A stretch of 64,000 nucleotides of DNA from Octopus vulgaris (taxonomy: Eukaryota): NCBI GenBank assembly GCA_951406725.2, contig OX597820.1:73346001-73410000 (forward strand), in the 5' to 3' direction. Below the pieces are notes generated by a model. It did no database searches. It was given only the letters and a program-made list of their open reading frames with translations, and was not told where the DNA came from. A program made the position numbers and the translations under genes. Positions 27,900 through 42,129 of the stretch are shown in pieces (within the stretch, counting starts at the first letter, position 1; each line of letters opens with the position of its first letter).

Positions 27900-28500
27900 A
27901 GGATTAATTTGAGTGCTATTAAGATTACAAAATCATAACTACATGGTGTGTTTTTTTTTAGTTTTATTCAATATTAATTGGCTTAATTGTGACTTTCTTC
28001 TTAAGTATATGATCAATTAGCAACACTAAATTTCCTCCGCCATCTTCTTAGATGTCACCTTGAACCTAGATAATTTTTCCTTTTAATATTTCCTTGATCT
28101 AAAACCAAATGAGAAACTAGATACACGTTCTAAGATCCTAAGAACGCTATCAATTACTTAGTCAAGAACGTTTCTATGTGGTTATGCAACCTGTCTAGAA
28201 ATTTGCAAATGTTAATGATTCATCTAATTACTATAAATGATAACCTCTTCCGCAATGGACAGCAAAGATTAAATCAAATATACAGAAAATAGGAAACGAG
28301 CTACAAAATCCACAGCGAAAGTATAATCTAGTCTAATCCGTCGTTCAAGTTAGTAGAGACACTGACTGCAAAAATTGTTGTTATTCAATATATTAAAAAA
28401 GCATTCCTCCACAACGTAGATATTAGATATGAAAAACGCATCAAAATTTAATACGTTACCACCTTTAGTCTTGCACAAAATTTAGTGAAACCTAACCAAT
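27900..28500 (+). pseudogene. Highly decayed Penelope-like reverse transcriptase C-terminal fragment
   Basis: Frameshifted motifs FLDVTLNL, KPNEK, LVKNVSM.LCNLS, RKYN/II.SNPSF in the order typical of PLE RT (FLDVTLNL...KPN...IWFNPPF). Confidence 0.55.
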
Positions 28501-28623
28501 TTAAAAGTAACACAGCTATTTCCACTTCGTTAATCGCTATAATTATCCCTATGATTGTAACTGTCAAATTCATGACATTGTATATCAATGTAGATGCTAA
28601 CAACTTGTGTATGATTTAAAGTT

Positions 28624-28790
28624 GGATATTTCGACCATACTTCCTTTTGCAATGGATATTTCGTCCATACTTCCTTTCGCAATGGGTATTTCGACCTTAC
28701 TTCCTTTCGCAATGGATATTTCGTCCATACTTGCTTTCGCAATGGATATTTCGACCATACTTCCTTTTGCAATGGATATACCGACCATAT
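28624..28790. repeat. 30-bp minisatellite, ~5.5 units
   Basis: GGATATTTCG(A/T)CCATACTTCCTTT(T/C)GCAAT repeated; possibly subterminal repeats of a foldback-type DNA transposon. Confidence 0.85.
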
Positions 28791-29654
28791 TTAAATTCTT
28801 ACTTAAATAAGTATTTCTTGCCTTCGTGGTTATATACCTTATTTTGAATAATGCAGTCACTATTGTTACAGAGTCTATGATCATTGAGTAAATCAACAAA
28901 CAGATTACGGCATATTCGTCGAAAACACATTGATCGAAAGTACATTGGCTGAAAGACAAACTGATCGGAAACAAAAAATTTACAGACAAGCAAATACGGA
29001 TATAGTTCTCTGTATTAAATTAAAGTGTCATTAGATGTTTTTGTCCGTTAAAAACTACCAGTCAGACAGGCAACTCTTATACTGGCGCCAGATATTGGCA
29101 CAAGGCCAGCAATCTTGGGGTGTGCGCTAATCGATTACATTAATTCCAGAACTCAGCTGCTACTTTATCGATTCGGAAAGAATAAAAGGTAAAGTCGATC
29201 TCGGCGGAACTTGAACTCAGAACGTCAACAGGCTGTGATACTGCTTGCCAGCCAAATGTTTTATATTTTGTTTTTGTTCTTCTTTTTTTTTTTGTCTTTT
29301 GTTTTTTGTTAGGGACAGATGATAGTCCGACTGGGCCAAATCAAGTCACAGGAATGCACAGTAGCCAGCGAAACCAAGGACCCTGTATGCTGGAAAATTG
29401 TCCTAACGAAACAATACCCATTTCGTCAGTTTTCTTGTAGGAACTACATGGACGCCAGGACTCGAAAAGACGAAAGGTAAAGTTGATCTAGGCGGAATTT
29501 GAACGCGGAACGTGCAAACTGACGAAATGCCGCTAAGCATTTTCCCGGCTTACTTAACGATTCTTCAGCTTGCTCCCTTAATTACGAGTAAGATTAAATT
29601 ACGATTATTGTTAGCAAAATTAACAACTCGCAAACACGCTTAGGATATTTTTTT

Positions 29655-29880
29655 ATTCTTTTACTCTCTCACTTGTTTCAGTGATTTAACTGCGGCCATG
29701 CTGGAGCACCGCCTTTAGTCGAACAAATCGACCCTAGAGCTTATTCTTTGTAAGCCTAGTATTTATTCTATCAGTCTCTTTTTGCCGAACCGCTAAGTTA
29801 CGGGGACGTAAACACACCAACATCGGTTGTCAAGCGAATTTGGGGGACAAACACAAACACACAGACACACAGACACACAC

Positions 29881-29969
<89 letters not shown>

Positions 29970-30131
29970 GACGGGTTTCTTTCAGTTTCCGTCTACCAAA
30001 TCCACTCACAAGGCTTCAGTCGGCCCGGGGCTATAGTAGAAGACACTTGCCCAAGGTGTCACGCAGTGGGTCTGAATTCGGAAACATGTGGTTGGTAAGC
30101 AAGCTACTTACCACACAGCCACTCCTGCGCT
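29655..30131 (-). mobile_element. SINE family A, full length
   Basis: Reverse-complement match head to tail. Confidence 0.88.
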
Positions 30132-30883
30132 TGTAGTTATATGTTGAGCATAATTTTATCTTAAGTGGCTTCCATAATATAGATATATATACATATATAT
30201 ACGTGCGCGCGTGCGTGTCTGTGTGTATGTGTGTCTGTGTGGGTGTCTGTATGTGTGCGTGTGTCTGATTGTGTGTGTGTGTGTGTGTGTCTGTATGTGT
30301 GTGTGTGTCTGTATGTGAGTGTGTGTCTGTGTGTGTGTAGTTGGATACATAGATAGATGCATAGACAGTTATATAGATATGCATGTATGTATACAGAGAT
30401 AGATATACTCATTCATGCATACGTATATATGCATGCATGCACAAATACACACACAACACACACACACGCACACATACGCACTCACACACATGTATATGTA
30501 TATATTCCATCGTATAGACATGCACGCACATATGTTCATAAACCTGCAGATATATATATATGCACATATACATACATAAATACATACATACATACACACA
30601 CACACAAACGCATGCGCACACATGCACACACCTGCACACACATACAAAAGCTGAAGCAATACTTCAAATTACAACAAGAATATATACAAAATGTGGAAAA
30701 CGATGATTCCAGAAGAATTCAATGGGGACAATCAAAAAATATCTCTCCCTGAGTATTGATAGCTGAAATATCTCTTATTTAAATCTATTTTGCACAATTC
30801 AGTACTGTGTTAAATAGATTTAATAGATTTCTCTAAGAGATATTGTCAAATATATGTGGTAGAGGGGGCGGTGAGAGCGTGTG

Positions 30884-31074
<191 letters not shown>

Positions 31075-31459
31075 CTAAAAACAGTTTGATTCGGTCCCAT
31101 GCAACCTAAAGTTTCGCAGGATCGTTACAAAAACATTGCACATCAGGCTCAGCGACCGAATATGTGTGTACGCGCATGTGTGTGTGTGTATGTGTGTGCA
31201 TGTATGCATGTATGTATACACACATACATACACACACACACACTCATATACAGAGCTTCCTCGGTCAAGTTCTCTCACAAGTCATTGGACGGTCCGGGCT
31301 ATAACAGAAGGTGCCGCGCAGTTGGACTGAGCCCGTGTCTTCCCAAATAACCCAGAACCGACCAATGCCTTGCAAAAGAATTTGGTAGACGGATATCGTG
31401 TAGAAGCTCGCTGGTCACACCACATTCTTTATTTTCTTTCCTTGTTTCTTTCTGTGTTC

Positions 31460-31495
31460 CTTTCTGTGGAAGAGCGTAGGCTCGAAACGTTAAAG
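31460..31495 (+). ncRNA. Minimal hammerhead-like motif, atypical core
   Basis: CTTT-CTGTGGA-A-GAGC-GTAG-GCTC-GAAAC-GTT-AAAG; helix I co-varies relative to the 1800/51295 family; A6 replaced by U. Confidence 0.55.
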
Positions 31496-31592
31496 ACTTT
31501 TTTCACTTCCCGAACGTTAAACTAATACATCTGTTTGCTATCTACACCACCCGTCTTCTTCTTTTGTTTTTTTTGTGAATTCTTCCCCTATA

Positions 31593-31651
<59 letters not shown>

Positions 31652-31797
31652 ATATATATACATACATATATACAAAGAGAAAAAGAGAGAAAGGGAGGGT
31701 AATAACTATAGTAATCTATGGATGGAATTTATAAATATTTTTTTACCCGAAGAAATGAATGCATGACAAACACAAAGACACAAAGACACAAATACAC

Positions 31798-31891
<94 letters not shown>

Positions 31892-31904
31892 TCGTTTGCT
31901 CTTA

Positions 31905-32278
31905 TATTTGTTTCAATTATTTGACTGCTGCCATGCTGGAGCACCGCCTTTAGTCGAGAAAATCGACGCCAGGACTTATTCTTTGTAAGCGCAATACTTA
32001 TTCTATCGGTGTCTTTTGCCGAACCGACCGCTAAGTTACGAGGACATAAACACATCAACATCGGTTGTCATGCGACAGTGGGGGGCAAACGCAGACACAC
32101 ACACATATATATACGATGGGCTTCTTTCAGTTTCCGTCTACCAATTCCACTCGCATGGCTTTGGTCGGTTCGAGGCTATAGTAGATGACACTTGCCAAAG
32201 GTACCACGCAGTGGGACTGAACCCAGAACGATGTGACTGGAAAGCAAGCTTCTTACCACTCAGCCACTCCAGTGCCTA
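31905..32278 (-). mobile_element. SINE family A
   Basis: Reverse-complement match. Confidence 0.82.
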
Positions 32279-32647
32279 TATATATTTCTTGATAGAAACT
32301 TAAATTGTAACATCTTTAGAAATATTCCTCATTGTCGATAAGGCTACCCATGCAGTCTGTATCACACCTGTCTTTTATGCTAAGTATAGGTAGGTGTGGT
32401 GACGGTTATACGAATGTCTGGTGGCGGTAGTGGGGTGGTGCCACCATATGTGAATATGTATACAACTAATAGATTATCCTATGCCTGAATACATTCGCTA
32501 AGTTTCAAATACTTGACTAAGCTTGTCTGCCGCCGACCCCCCGTGTGGCACTTGGTCTATTGTGTTGTGGAAGCGATTACATGTCTGGCCCCTTGCATAA
32601 CATAATACATGTATAATGCTTACGTACGTGTGCCTGTGTGTATGTGC

Positions 32648-32684
<37 letters not shown>

Positions 32685-34100
32685 CATACACGCATATATA
32701 TATATATATATATATTACACAAACACAAACGCGCAAGAATGCACAGGTGCACAGGTGCACACACATGCGTACGCGCGTGTGGGCACCTGTGTGTGTGTAT
32801 ATGTGTGTGGGTGCGTGTGTGCGTGTGTGTGTGTGTGTGGGTGCGTGTGTGCGTGTGTGTGTGTGTGGGTGCGTGTGTGCGTGTTCAACCTTTCAAGAAA
32901 TTTATTAGTTTTATTCTTGCCATGACTGTTTCAAAAGGCTTTGGGTTTGTGTGTGTGTGAGAGAGAGAGAGAGAGTTTGTGAGGGGGTGGGGTGAAACGA
33001 GAGAGGAAAAGAGACGTAGAAAGAGAGAGCGAGGGAAAGAGAGAGCGAGGGAAAGAGAGAGTGTGGGGGAGTGAAGCGAGAGAGAAAGAGAGAGAGTGCA
33101 TGTATGTGTATGTGCGTGTGTGTGTGTGAAGCGAAAGAGATACAGAGAGAGAGAGGGAAAGAAAGAGCGAGAGAGAGCGAGAGAAAGAAAGAGAGATATA
33201 GAAAGAGAGACAGAGAAGAGAGAGCGCGAGAGAAAGAGAGAGAGACTAAGAGAGAGAGAGAGAGAGAGAGAAAGAGATAGAGTATGTGTGTGCGCGTGTA
33301 TGTGTATTTGTGTGTGAGTGTGTTTGTGGGGATGTGAAGCAAAAGAGAAAAAGAGACAGAGAGAAAGAGCAAGAGTAGGAGAGAGAGAGACAAAGAGAGT
33401 GAGACAGAGAGACACACACAGAGTGAGAGAGTGTGTGTGTGTGTATGTGTGAATGTGTGTGTGTGTATGTGCGTGTGTGTGTGTGCATGTGTTAGTGCGT
33501 GTGTGTGCGTGCGTACGGGACCCGAGTTCCCTATCAATATCTGCCTGACAGTTTTCTGGATACGGTTTATGTGTAACGGATATCACTATGAAGATATCAT
33601 CACGTGGATATCTATGAGGATAAGAAATGCAGGCAAAACGGCAAACCGTTACGCCATATGCAAGACGATGTGTGTGTGTGTTTGTGTGTGTGTGTGTGCA
33701 TGCATGTATGCATGTTTGTGAGTGTATGTATGTATGTGTGTATGTACGTGTGTATGTTTGTGCATGTATGTATTTGGATATGTATGTATATGTGTATGTA
33801 TGTATGAATGCGTGTGTGTGCATGTATGTATGTGTGTATGTATGTATGGGTGTGTGTGTGTATGTATATATGTATATGTGTATGTATGTATGTATGCACA
33901 CATGAATGTATGTATATATGTATGTGTGTGTATATGTATGCATGCATGCATGAATGTATGTATGTGTATGTATGAATGTATGCATGTAGTTATGTACGTA
34001 CGTACGTATGCATGCATAGATGTATGTATGTGTGCACGTATGGATGTATGTATGTATGCAAGCATAAATGTATATATGTATGTATGTATGTATGTATGAT

Positions 34101-34206
34101 GTCATTGTTCAGTTTTATTTCGAGATTTCTTGCCAATAGAGAAAGAACCGGTTTCTAACCTAGATCCAAGGTTAACTCATTGGAATTTCAACATCAACAA
34201 CAGGGT
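34101..34206 (-). mobile_element. R4/Dong-like 3' UTR-only insertion in (TATG)n
   Basis: Matches 12259-12367 and the reverse complement of 10635-10741. Confidence 0.7.
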
Positions 34207-34287
34207 ATGTATGTATGTATGTATGTATGTATGTATGTATGTATGAATGTATGTGTGTATGCATGTATGCATGTATATGTGCATGTG

Positions 34288-34500
34288 CGAGGAGGTACTG
34301 TAAACTTCCTGGTTTGGGGTAAAACAAAATACAGGCGGATCAGTTATGATTTTATTCAACATATTCCGCTTTGAGATTCACACACTTGTTGCAGCGGTCC
34401 TTCAGTTTTTGTAAGCTCTGTGAAAAGAACTCGGTATGTTGGGCTTCCAAACAGGCCTCTCGCTATATGCTTAAAGCCAAGAACTTGTCAGCCCACCCTC

Positions 34501-34501
<1 letters not shown>
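34288..34501 (-). mobile_element. Mariner-derived MITE
   Basis: Homologous to 4234-4454, TIRs at both ends. Confidence 0.7.
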
Positions 34502-34569
<68 letters not shown>

Positions 34570-34785
34570 TGTATATATAATAACAATTTAATAAATAAAA
34601 CATATGCATACATACATACATATATGTACATACTTACATCTATATGTATATATACATGCATATATGAGTACAGGACACCACAAATAAACGTAGACAACGA
34701 GGAACGAAAACAAAATCAAACAAGGAAACGGACTTTTTTTAACAACGTAAAAACAGAGTACAAGACAAACAATACAAAGAACATT

Positions 34786-34858
34786 CCCCTTCTTCAGCTG
34801 CCCCTGTTTCGACTCAATGCGTGTTTCGAAGGTAAGGGCAGAACACGGCCACGCCGAA
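34786..34858 (-). ncRNA. Non-circularly permuted hammerhead ribozyme candidate (family 3)
   Basis: Minus strand: TTCGGC..CGTG-TT-CTGCCC-tta-CCTTC-GAAA-CACG..GTCGAA..GGGCAG-CTGAAGA-A-GGGG; GUU triplet. Confidence 0.75.
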
Positions 34859-35123
34859 GCAATCCTTCCCGCAAAATGAATTAAATAAAAAATTTTTTGC
34901 GGAGGGGTAAAAAAAGTGACAAGAACAGGACGTAAAAGCAATACAAATGAAGAAAAAAAAACAGTACAAATAAAGATAAAAACAGTAAAATACAGGACAA
35001 GGAAACCAACAATAAGGGCTTTTTTTTAAGCCTAGACGGTGGAAAAATTCGTTAGAACGCATTCTGAAGATCGGCTGCGGAAGAGAGAAAAAAGCTGATC
35101 TTCTCCAAGTAAGTTTTATATAC

Positions 35124-35193
<70 letters not shown>

Positions 35194-35629
35194 GCGTGTG
35201 TGTGCGTGTGTGCGTGTGTGTGCTAACACTTTAACTTGTTTCAGCTGTAAACCTGTGGTCATGCTGGGGCACCTCCGTTAAAATATATTATATATATATA
35301 TATATGTATTTACATACGTGTGTTTTTGTGTATATGTATAAGCATATATGTGAAGGCGCTTGGTCTAGTAGTTAAGGTGTTGCTCCTCGATCGTAATTTC
35401 GAATCCTGGGCTTGTCGTGCGTTGTGTTCTTGTGGAAAACACTCCACTTCAGTTGCTCCAGTTCACTCGGCCGTAAATGGGACGGAATGGGTGTCCCTTC
35501 AATGGTGGGGGGATTTTGCCTGCCCACCGAGAAAGCGCAATGTGACCAGCGGCGTGTAACAATATTCTATAGTGTTGTCAATACAGTGATAATATGGATG
35601 TATATCTTCGTTTTATCGTTTATTTATCC

Positions 35630-35962
35630 CCGCCATTAAACTGTGCCATGCTGGGGCACCACCTTGAAGAAATTCAGTCGAACAAATCGATTCCAGTACC
35701 TAGTGCTTCTTCTGTCGGTGCTTATTTATGCAGGCGCGTAAACACACTAACACCGGTTGTCAAGTGGTGGAAAGGGGACAAACAGACGCGTGCGCATGCG
35801 ACGAGCTTCTTTCAGTTTCTGTTTACGAAATCTACTCACAAGAATCTGGGCGGCCTGAAGCTATAGTAAAGGACGCCTCACTAAGGTGCCACGCAGTGGG
35901 ATTGAGCCAGGAACCATGTGACTGGGAATCATACTTCTTACCACACAGCCACACCTGCACCT
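35630..35962 (-). mobile_element. SINE family A, diverged
   Basis: Reverse-complement match. Confidence 0.7.
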
Positions 35963-35982
35963 ATATAGACAGACAGGCAGGC

Positions 35983-36103
<121 letters not shown>

Positions 36104-36239
36104 AATTGACTGATTGATCGATCGATAGAGTGCGGGTGGGGGAGAAATGAAAAAGAAAAAATGTAAGTTCCTGTTTTGTAGAAAGAAAAGCAGCCAGGCG
36201 GAAGAAATATCTTCATTTATATCTTTCTTCTTCTTTCGT

Positions 36240-36541
36240 CCTTTTCAAGCCTAGCCAGGCTCATGGGCCCGCTTTCCCGGTTTCTATGGCGTATGTGTTC
36301 CCCCCAGCAAGACGGGACGCCAGTCCATAGCTGCGTTACTCAAGAAACAGGAAGAAAGAGTGAGAGAAAGTTGGGGCGAAAGAGTACAACAGGGGTCGCC
36401 ACCACCACCCCCTGCCGGAGCCTCGTGAAGCTTTAGATGTTTTCACTCAATAAACACACGCAACGCCCGGTCTCGGAATCGAAACCGCGATCCTCCGTCC
36501 GCGAGTCCGCTGCCCTAACCACTGGGTCATTGCGCCTCCAC
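36240..36541 (-). mobile_element. SINE family C
   Basis: Reverse complement of GTGGAGGCGCAATGACCCAGTGGTTAGGGC head. Confidence 0.8.
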
Positions 36542-37079
36542 TCTTCATTTATAGAGACGATCAAAATAAAACGAACACGCAATCCAGCGAGAAAAGCATT
36601 AAAAATAACCATTAACAAATATGGATGTATAAACGCCCTCGTATTCCATCTTCCGTCTTTCATTTGACATACACACACGCACACATACACACACGCACGC
36701 ACGCACACACATATGTACATACATATATGTAGACAATTACCGGTATGTCAAATACAATGAAAGAAAATTTCCTGATTTATCACGATTATCTCCGATTGTA
36801 GAAGATTCATCATAGTTATCAAAATGGCAATTATGACCAACTTCTCTTGAGAAGGGGAGATAAAAATCAAAATTCAAATATTTCTCCAAAACTGACATGC
36901 CATTAAGGCTGATTGTCTGGAATTAAGTGGACAGTCGTAGACACGTGTTTCTAGCTCAATAGACTCCATCAATATGACAAGTATCCGACCTTATTTTCAC
37001 TAAGGAAAAAACTTAGACATATACAAAACGAAGCAGAGAGAACAGTTATGGCCTACGTAATTTGCATATATATGCACAC

Positions 37080-37143
<64 letters not shown>

Positions 37144-37188
37144 GTGTGCCCCTATATATATATATATATATATATATTTTACGTGTGC

Positions 37189-37240
<52 letters not shown>

Positions 37241-38778
37241 TGATTAGCTGCACGTGTACACTCATAAGGTCACATATTTTTTCTGAGTTTCTCGATATTT
37301 CTCCGGAGACAGTCGTCCACATTCCATTTTTTTCTCTCATTACGATCGATCTCAATTACTCCCGTCTCCTGGCGAATAGCAATTGTGACACAGAATAGTA
37401 GAACATTCAATGTCCAAAAGATTTCGATCTTTCCCAGTTGTTCCTGCGTTACTTTATCCATTGCGGTCTTTTACTCAAGGATAGTACAGCCACGACGTCT
37501 CGTCTTACTAAGAATTCCATCTGCTGTGCTCCACGCTATTAAGAGAATGAGAACAACATGGTTCATAGAGTTATTAATAAGAATTGAACCTACAACTGTA
37601 GCCACAAACATAATTAGGCTATCAACAGAATATTTCAACTGCTTTCCGTCCAAGCTGTGAATTCCTTGTCTTCCCCGTTGAGGAAATACAAGGCGTCATG
37701 ATAGGAACTGCAGATGAAAGAAAAATAATGTCACTCACACTGTGTTTTGTTTAAAAGCTTAAGATGTACTCAAGTAATATTCAAGACGCCATATGACATA
37801 GCTGGGCATAACATACTCGGAGATGACGGGAGTGGAGGTTGGTCGCGACAAACATCATGAGTTAATGAAACGAGAAAAGATCATGAGTTAAGCGACTAAT
37901 ATGGATATGGATATGAAAACTCATGAACAAATCACTGTGATGGATGTTAGAAATATCTTGCAATAGACGACAATATTTTATGTTTGGTGTTTTGAATAAA
38001 GACTTGAAAGAGAAATACTCTTTATACCACCAGAAAGTTAAACATGGATACATATCCCACAACGTAAGTAATAACGACAGCATTGACAGGCTCCCCTGGA
38101 GCAGTGCGATAAATACCACATCTTATTTGGGATACTACGCACTTTGCAAATTGGCCCAATGAGGACTGGCAAGCATATAACCATAAAGTGTCTGAATAAC
38201 AAGGAAGGTAAGAACGCCTCTACGTTATGATAGAAAATGTCGATCGCACCATACCAGTGCGAATAATATCGCCTGTATTATCAACCGCTATCCAAAAATG
38301 TCCGCAAGATAATACTCTCCCGTGAGACATGACATTGTCACGTAAGAAATCTACAATGTTATACGTAGGAAGAATTGTCCTTATAAAATGCATATAAATT
38401 ATACCTTTTAATCAGATATTCTTTGGTCCTGGCGTGAGCTTTGGCAAAATGGTATAGGACAGTTCTTCCAGCGAATAGCATTAGCGGTATTTCGTTAAGC
38501 GAATACGTTCTGAGTTCAAATTCCACCGAGGTCGACTTTGCTTTCATCCTTTCGGGGTCGAACTTAAAAACCAGTTATAGAAACATTTGGATAATAATCG
38601 ATTTTTAATCTGTGTTTGTCAGTTGTTTGTCCTCTCTGATAATTCTTTGTGGATATGAACTGATTAACTAATATTGAAATCTAAGTTACGGCTGTCTGAG
38701 TTTGTGAATTATAAAACGTCACGATGCACTTTTTCATTGAAAGTGTACTATATATGAGTGTGTGTGTGTGTACGATAC

Positions 38779-38830
<52 letters not shown>

Positions 38831-39992
38831 TCAACAATATAAAGGAATGAATATTGTATTATTTGTCTCACTAGAAAGAAGCAATACTCAAACCGCCATA
38901 AATCACGTTGAAACAATGTCAACTTTTATTAAGGTAAATCATTTTTGATTTTCCTGTATAAATTAATAATTACTATTATTTAGCAATCCCTGGTATGGAA
39001 AAAAACTGCCGGTACGTCACATCAGATAGTTTGAGAAGCAGTGATCTAGTACAATTCCTACCGAATTGGAATTTATATATATATAGTCTGCGACTACTCT
39101 TTCTCACAGCGAAAGGTGGCGAAAACATTTCTATTGAATTTTTTAAGGCTACCCTTATATTGATTAAAATACTATATATATATATATGTATATATATATG
39201 TATGCATTATTAAATGCATAATGTGGATAGTTATACCTACTTAGCACTTGACCAAGAAATACCTTTATATCAAATTCAGAATTGGTACACGTGGATGACA
39301 TACTCCCACAACGTAAGTAATAACGACAGCATTGACAGGTTCACAACGCATAAATACACTACATCACAATTTCTTATTTAGAATTCTGCTCTATTTAACA
39401 TTAGCATAAAACCAAATTCTGAATAACAAGGAAGGTAAAAAGATCCTCTACCGTTACTGATGCAAATGATATCTGCACAAATTTCTTCACGGGCCGCCAG
39501 ATACATTACAGTCAACTACTACATACTTGAATCAACCGCTATCCAAAAATGTCCGCAAGATAATACTCTCCCGTGAGACATGACATTGTCACGTAAGAAA
39601 TCTACAATGTTATACGTAGGAAGAATTGTCCTTCAAACCATACCAAATTATACCTTTTAATCAGATATTCTCTGGTCCTGGCGTGTCTTTGGTATGGTAT
39701 AGAGGACAGTTCTTCCAGCGAATAGCATTGTCGATTTTTTAAGCGAATACTTCTGAGGAAGCGATGGCGGCTTATTGTATGAACTTAAAAACCATTATAG
39801 AAACATTTGGATAATAATATTTTTAATCTTTTTCAGTAATATATTAATTCCTGATAATTCTTTTGCGATATGAACTGATTAACTAATATTGAAATCTAAG
39901 TTACGGCTGTCGGTTTGTGAATTATAAAACGTCACGATGCACTTTTTCATTGAAAGTGTACTATATATGAGTGTGTGTGTGTGTACATACAT

Positions 39993-40029
<37 letters not shown>

Positions 40030-40033
<4 letters not shown>

Positions 40034-40268
40034 TCAACAATATAAAGGAATGACCCTGGTAGGCCATTCGTCTCACTAGAAAGAGCAGCCATACTCAAAC
40101 CGCCATAAATCACGTTGAAACAATGCATTGTCCAAGGATGATTAAGGTAAATCTTTTTGATTTTCCTTTAATTTCTGAATTACTATTATTTAGCGGTTTG
40201 AGTATGGCTGCTCTTTTTCTAGTGAGACGAATGGCCTATCAGGGTCATTCCTTTATATTGTTGAATTT
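40030..40268. repeat. Fold-back/MITE-like element with ~75-bp inverted arms in (TA)n
   Basis: 40030-40103 is the near-perfect reverse complement of 40193-40268. Confidence 0.85.
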
Positions 40269-40363
40269 ATATATATATAGTCTGCGACTATTTTCTCTTT
40301 CTCACTGGACCGCTGGTGGCGAAAAAATTTCTATTGAATTTTTTGCTACCCTTATATTGATTA

Positions 40364-40395
<32 letters not shown>

Positions 40396-40754
40396 GTATG
40401 CATTATTTGCATAATGTAGAGGTTATACGGGCTTTCTGACAACAAACGATCGCTCATAGCTTCTCTTTCTGTGTGTTATATGTTCTAAAAAGTACATTGT
40501 TATTGCATGATATGTATACAGTATATGTAAATCATACGTGAGATGAGATGGATGTAAGATCGTATCTAAATGAGATGCGGAAGAGAAAGAAGGCCGAGAT
40601 AAAGAGACACGAGATTATGTCTAGACTACTACATACTTGAATGAGCCATGATAATACAAAATTTTAATTAAGAATGACTTAACAGATCCTCTCAGGTGGT
40701 GCTATTAAGTTAGACTTGGCCAGTAGTCAAACTTTGGCCGAAACATATCTAAAG

Positions 40755-40791
<37 letters not shown>

Positions 40792-40801
40792 CAATAACAG
40801 G

Positions 40802-40875
40802 CTCTTACCGATGAATTCTCCCTGAGTAATTAAATTATTTTTATTACTGAAAAGAACGAAACTGCAGTCTAAGAG
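40802..40875 (+). ncRNA. Minimal type-I hammerhead ribozyme motif with extended stem II
   Basis: CTCTTA-CCGATGA-ATTCT...AGAAC-GAAAC-TGCA-GTC-TAAGAG; perfect 6-bp helix I, palindromic CTGCAG, GUC triplet. Confidence 0.8.
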
Positions 40876-41041
40876 GAACCGAGTTAGTAAACGTTTTTAT
40901 TTTCATTTCACTAAATTTATCAAGCTTCTGTGTTTCTAGTACATACTTCGCCTTTTAATGTACTTATATATGAATAATATATGGCTTGTGCTAGAAATAC
41001 CAGCGATAATAATTAATTTTATTTTATCGCATTTTGAATTT

Positions 41042-41118
<77 letters not shown>

Positions 41119-41120
<2 letters not shown>

Positions 41121-41350
41121 CGGCAAGCTGGCAGAAACGTTAGCACGCCGCGCGAAATGCGTAGCCGTATTTCGTCTGCCGTTACGTTCTGAGTTCAAAT
41201 TCCGCCGAGGTTGACTTTGCCTTTCATAATTTATGGGTAGATAAATTAAGTATCAGTTATGTACTGGGATCGATGTAATCGATTTAATCCCTTTGGCTGT
41301 CCTTGTTTATCCCCTCTATGTTTAGCTCCTTGCGGGAAATAAAGAAATAC
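41119..41350 (+). mobile_element. SINE family B (Meta-domain-type)
   Basis: GGCGGC.AGCTGGCAGAA...GAGTTCAAATTCCGCCGAGG...GCCTTTCAT...GATAAATTAAGTA central domain, AATAAAGAAATA end. Confidence 0.85.
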
Positions 41351-41890
41351 GAAACATCTAAAGTTTTCTAAGTATTTATTTATAAATGGTTGATTATTCG
41401 CGCTGTCTTTACTACGGTTTTACGGGCTTTCTGACAACAAACGATCGCTCATAGCTTCTCTTTCTGTGTGTTATATGTTCTAAAAAGTACATTGTTATTG
41501 CATGATATGTATACAGTATATGTAAATCATACGTGAGATGAGATGGATGTAAGATCGTATCTAAATGAGATGCGGAAGAGAAAGAAGGCCGAGATAAAGA
41601 GACACGAGATTATGTCTAGATTAGTATCAGTGTGAATGTTGTATGATTTAAATGTGTGTGTGTGTGTGGCTGGTGTTTCCGTGCGCCCTCTTTAGGTAAG
41701 TTTCTAATTAAGCTTACACTTGGAAAGTTCATTAAATTCTAGTTAGCGTCGTCTCTTCTCTGAACTGCAAGCAGACACAATGTTAAAATAAGTACACAGT
41801 GTGACAGCAAGGGCTCACACGGGCACATATATATTTCTCACAGAAACGCAGTCTGCTTTCTAACATGCAAATATATACATGTATACATGT

Positions 41891-41931
<41 letters not shown>

Positions 41932-42009
41932 TGTATGTGTTTGTGTGTGTGCTTGTATATAAAGCATACATGTACATTGCAATGTCAAAGCGAAATATTA
42001 AAATACAGA

Positions 42010-42063
<54 letters not shown>

Positions 42064-42075
42064 TACGCACGCACG

Positions 42076-42129
<54 letters not shown>

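Noticed and set aside
28624-28790. 30-bp repeats as a CRISPR array
   Set aside because: Repeats are contiguous with no unique spacers; eukaryotic context
37270-37700. Non-repetitive ORF fragments as an exon or transposase (similar cases at 6204-6497 and 47897-48410)
   Set aside because: No motif I can identify with confidence; needs BLASTX
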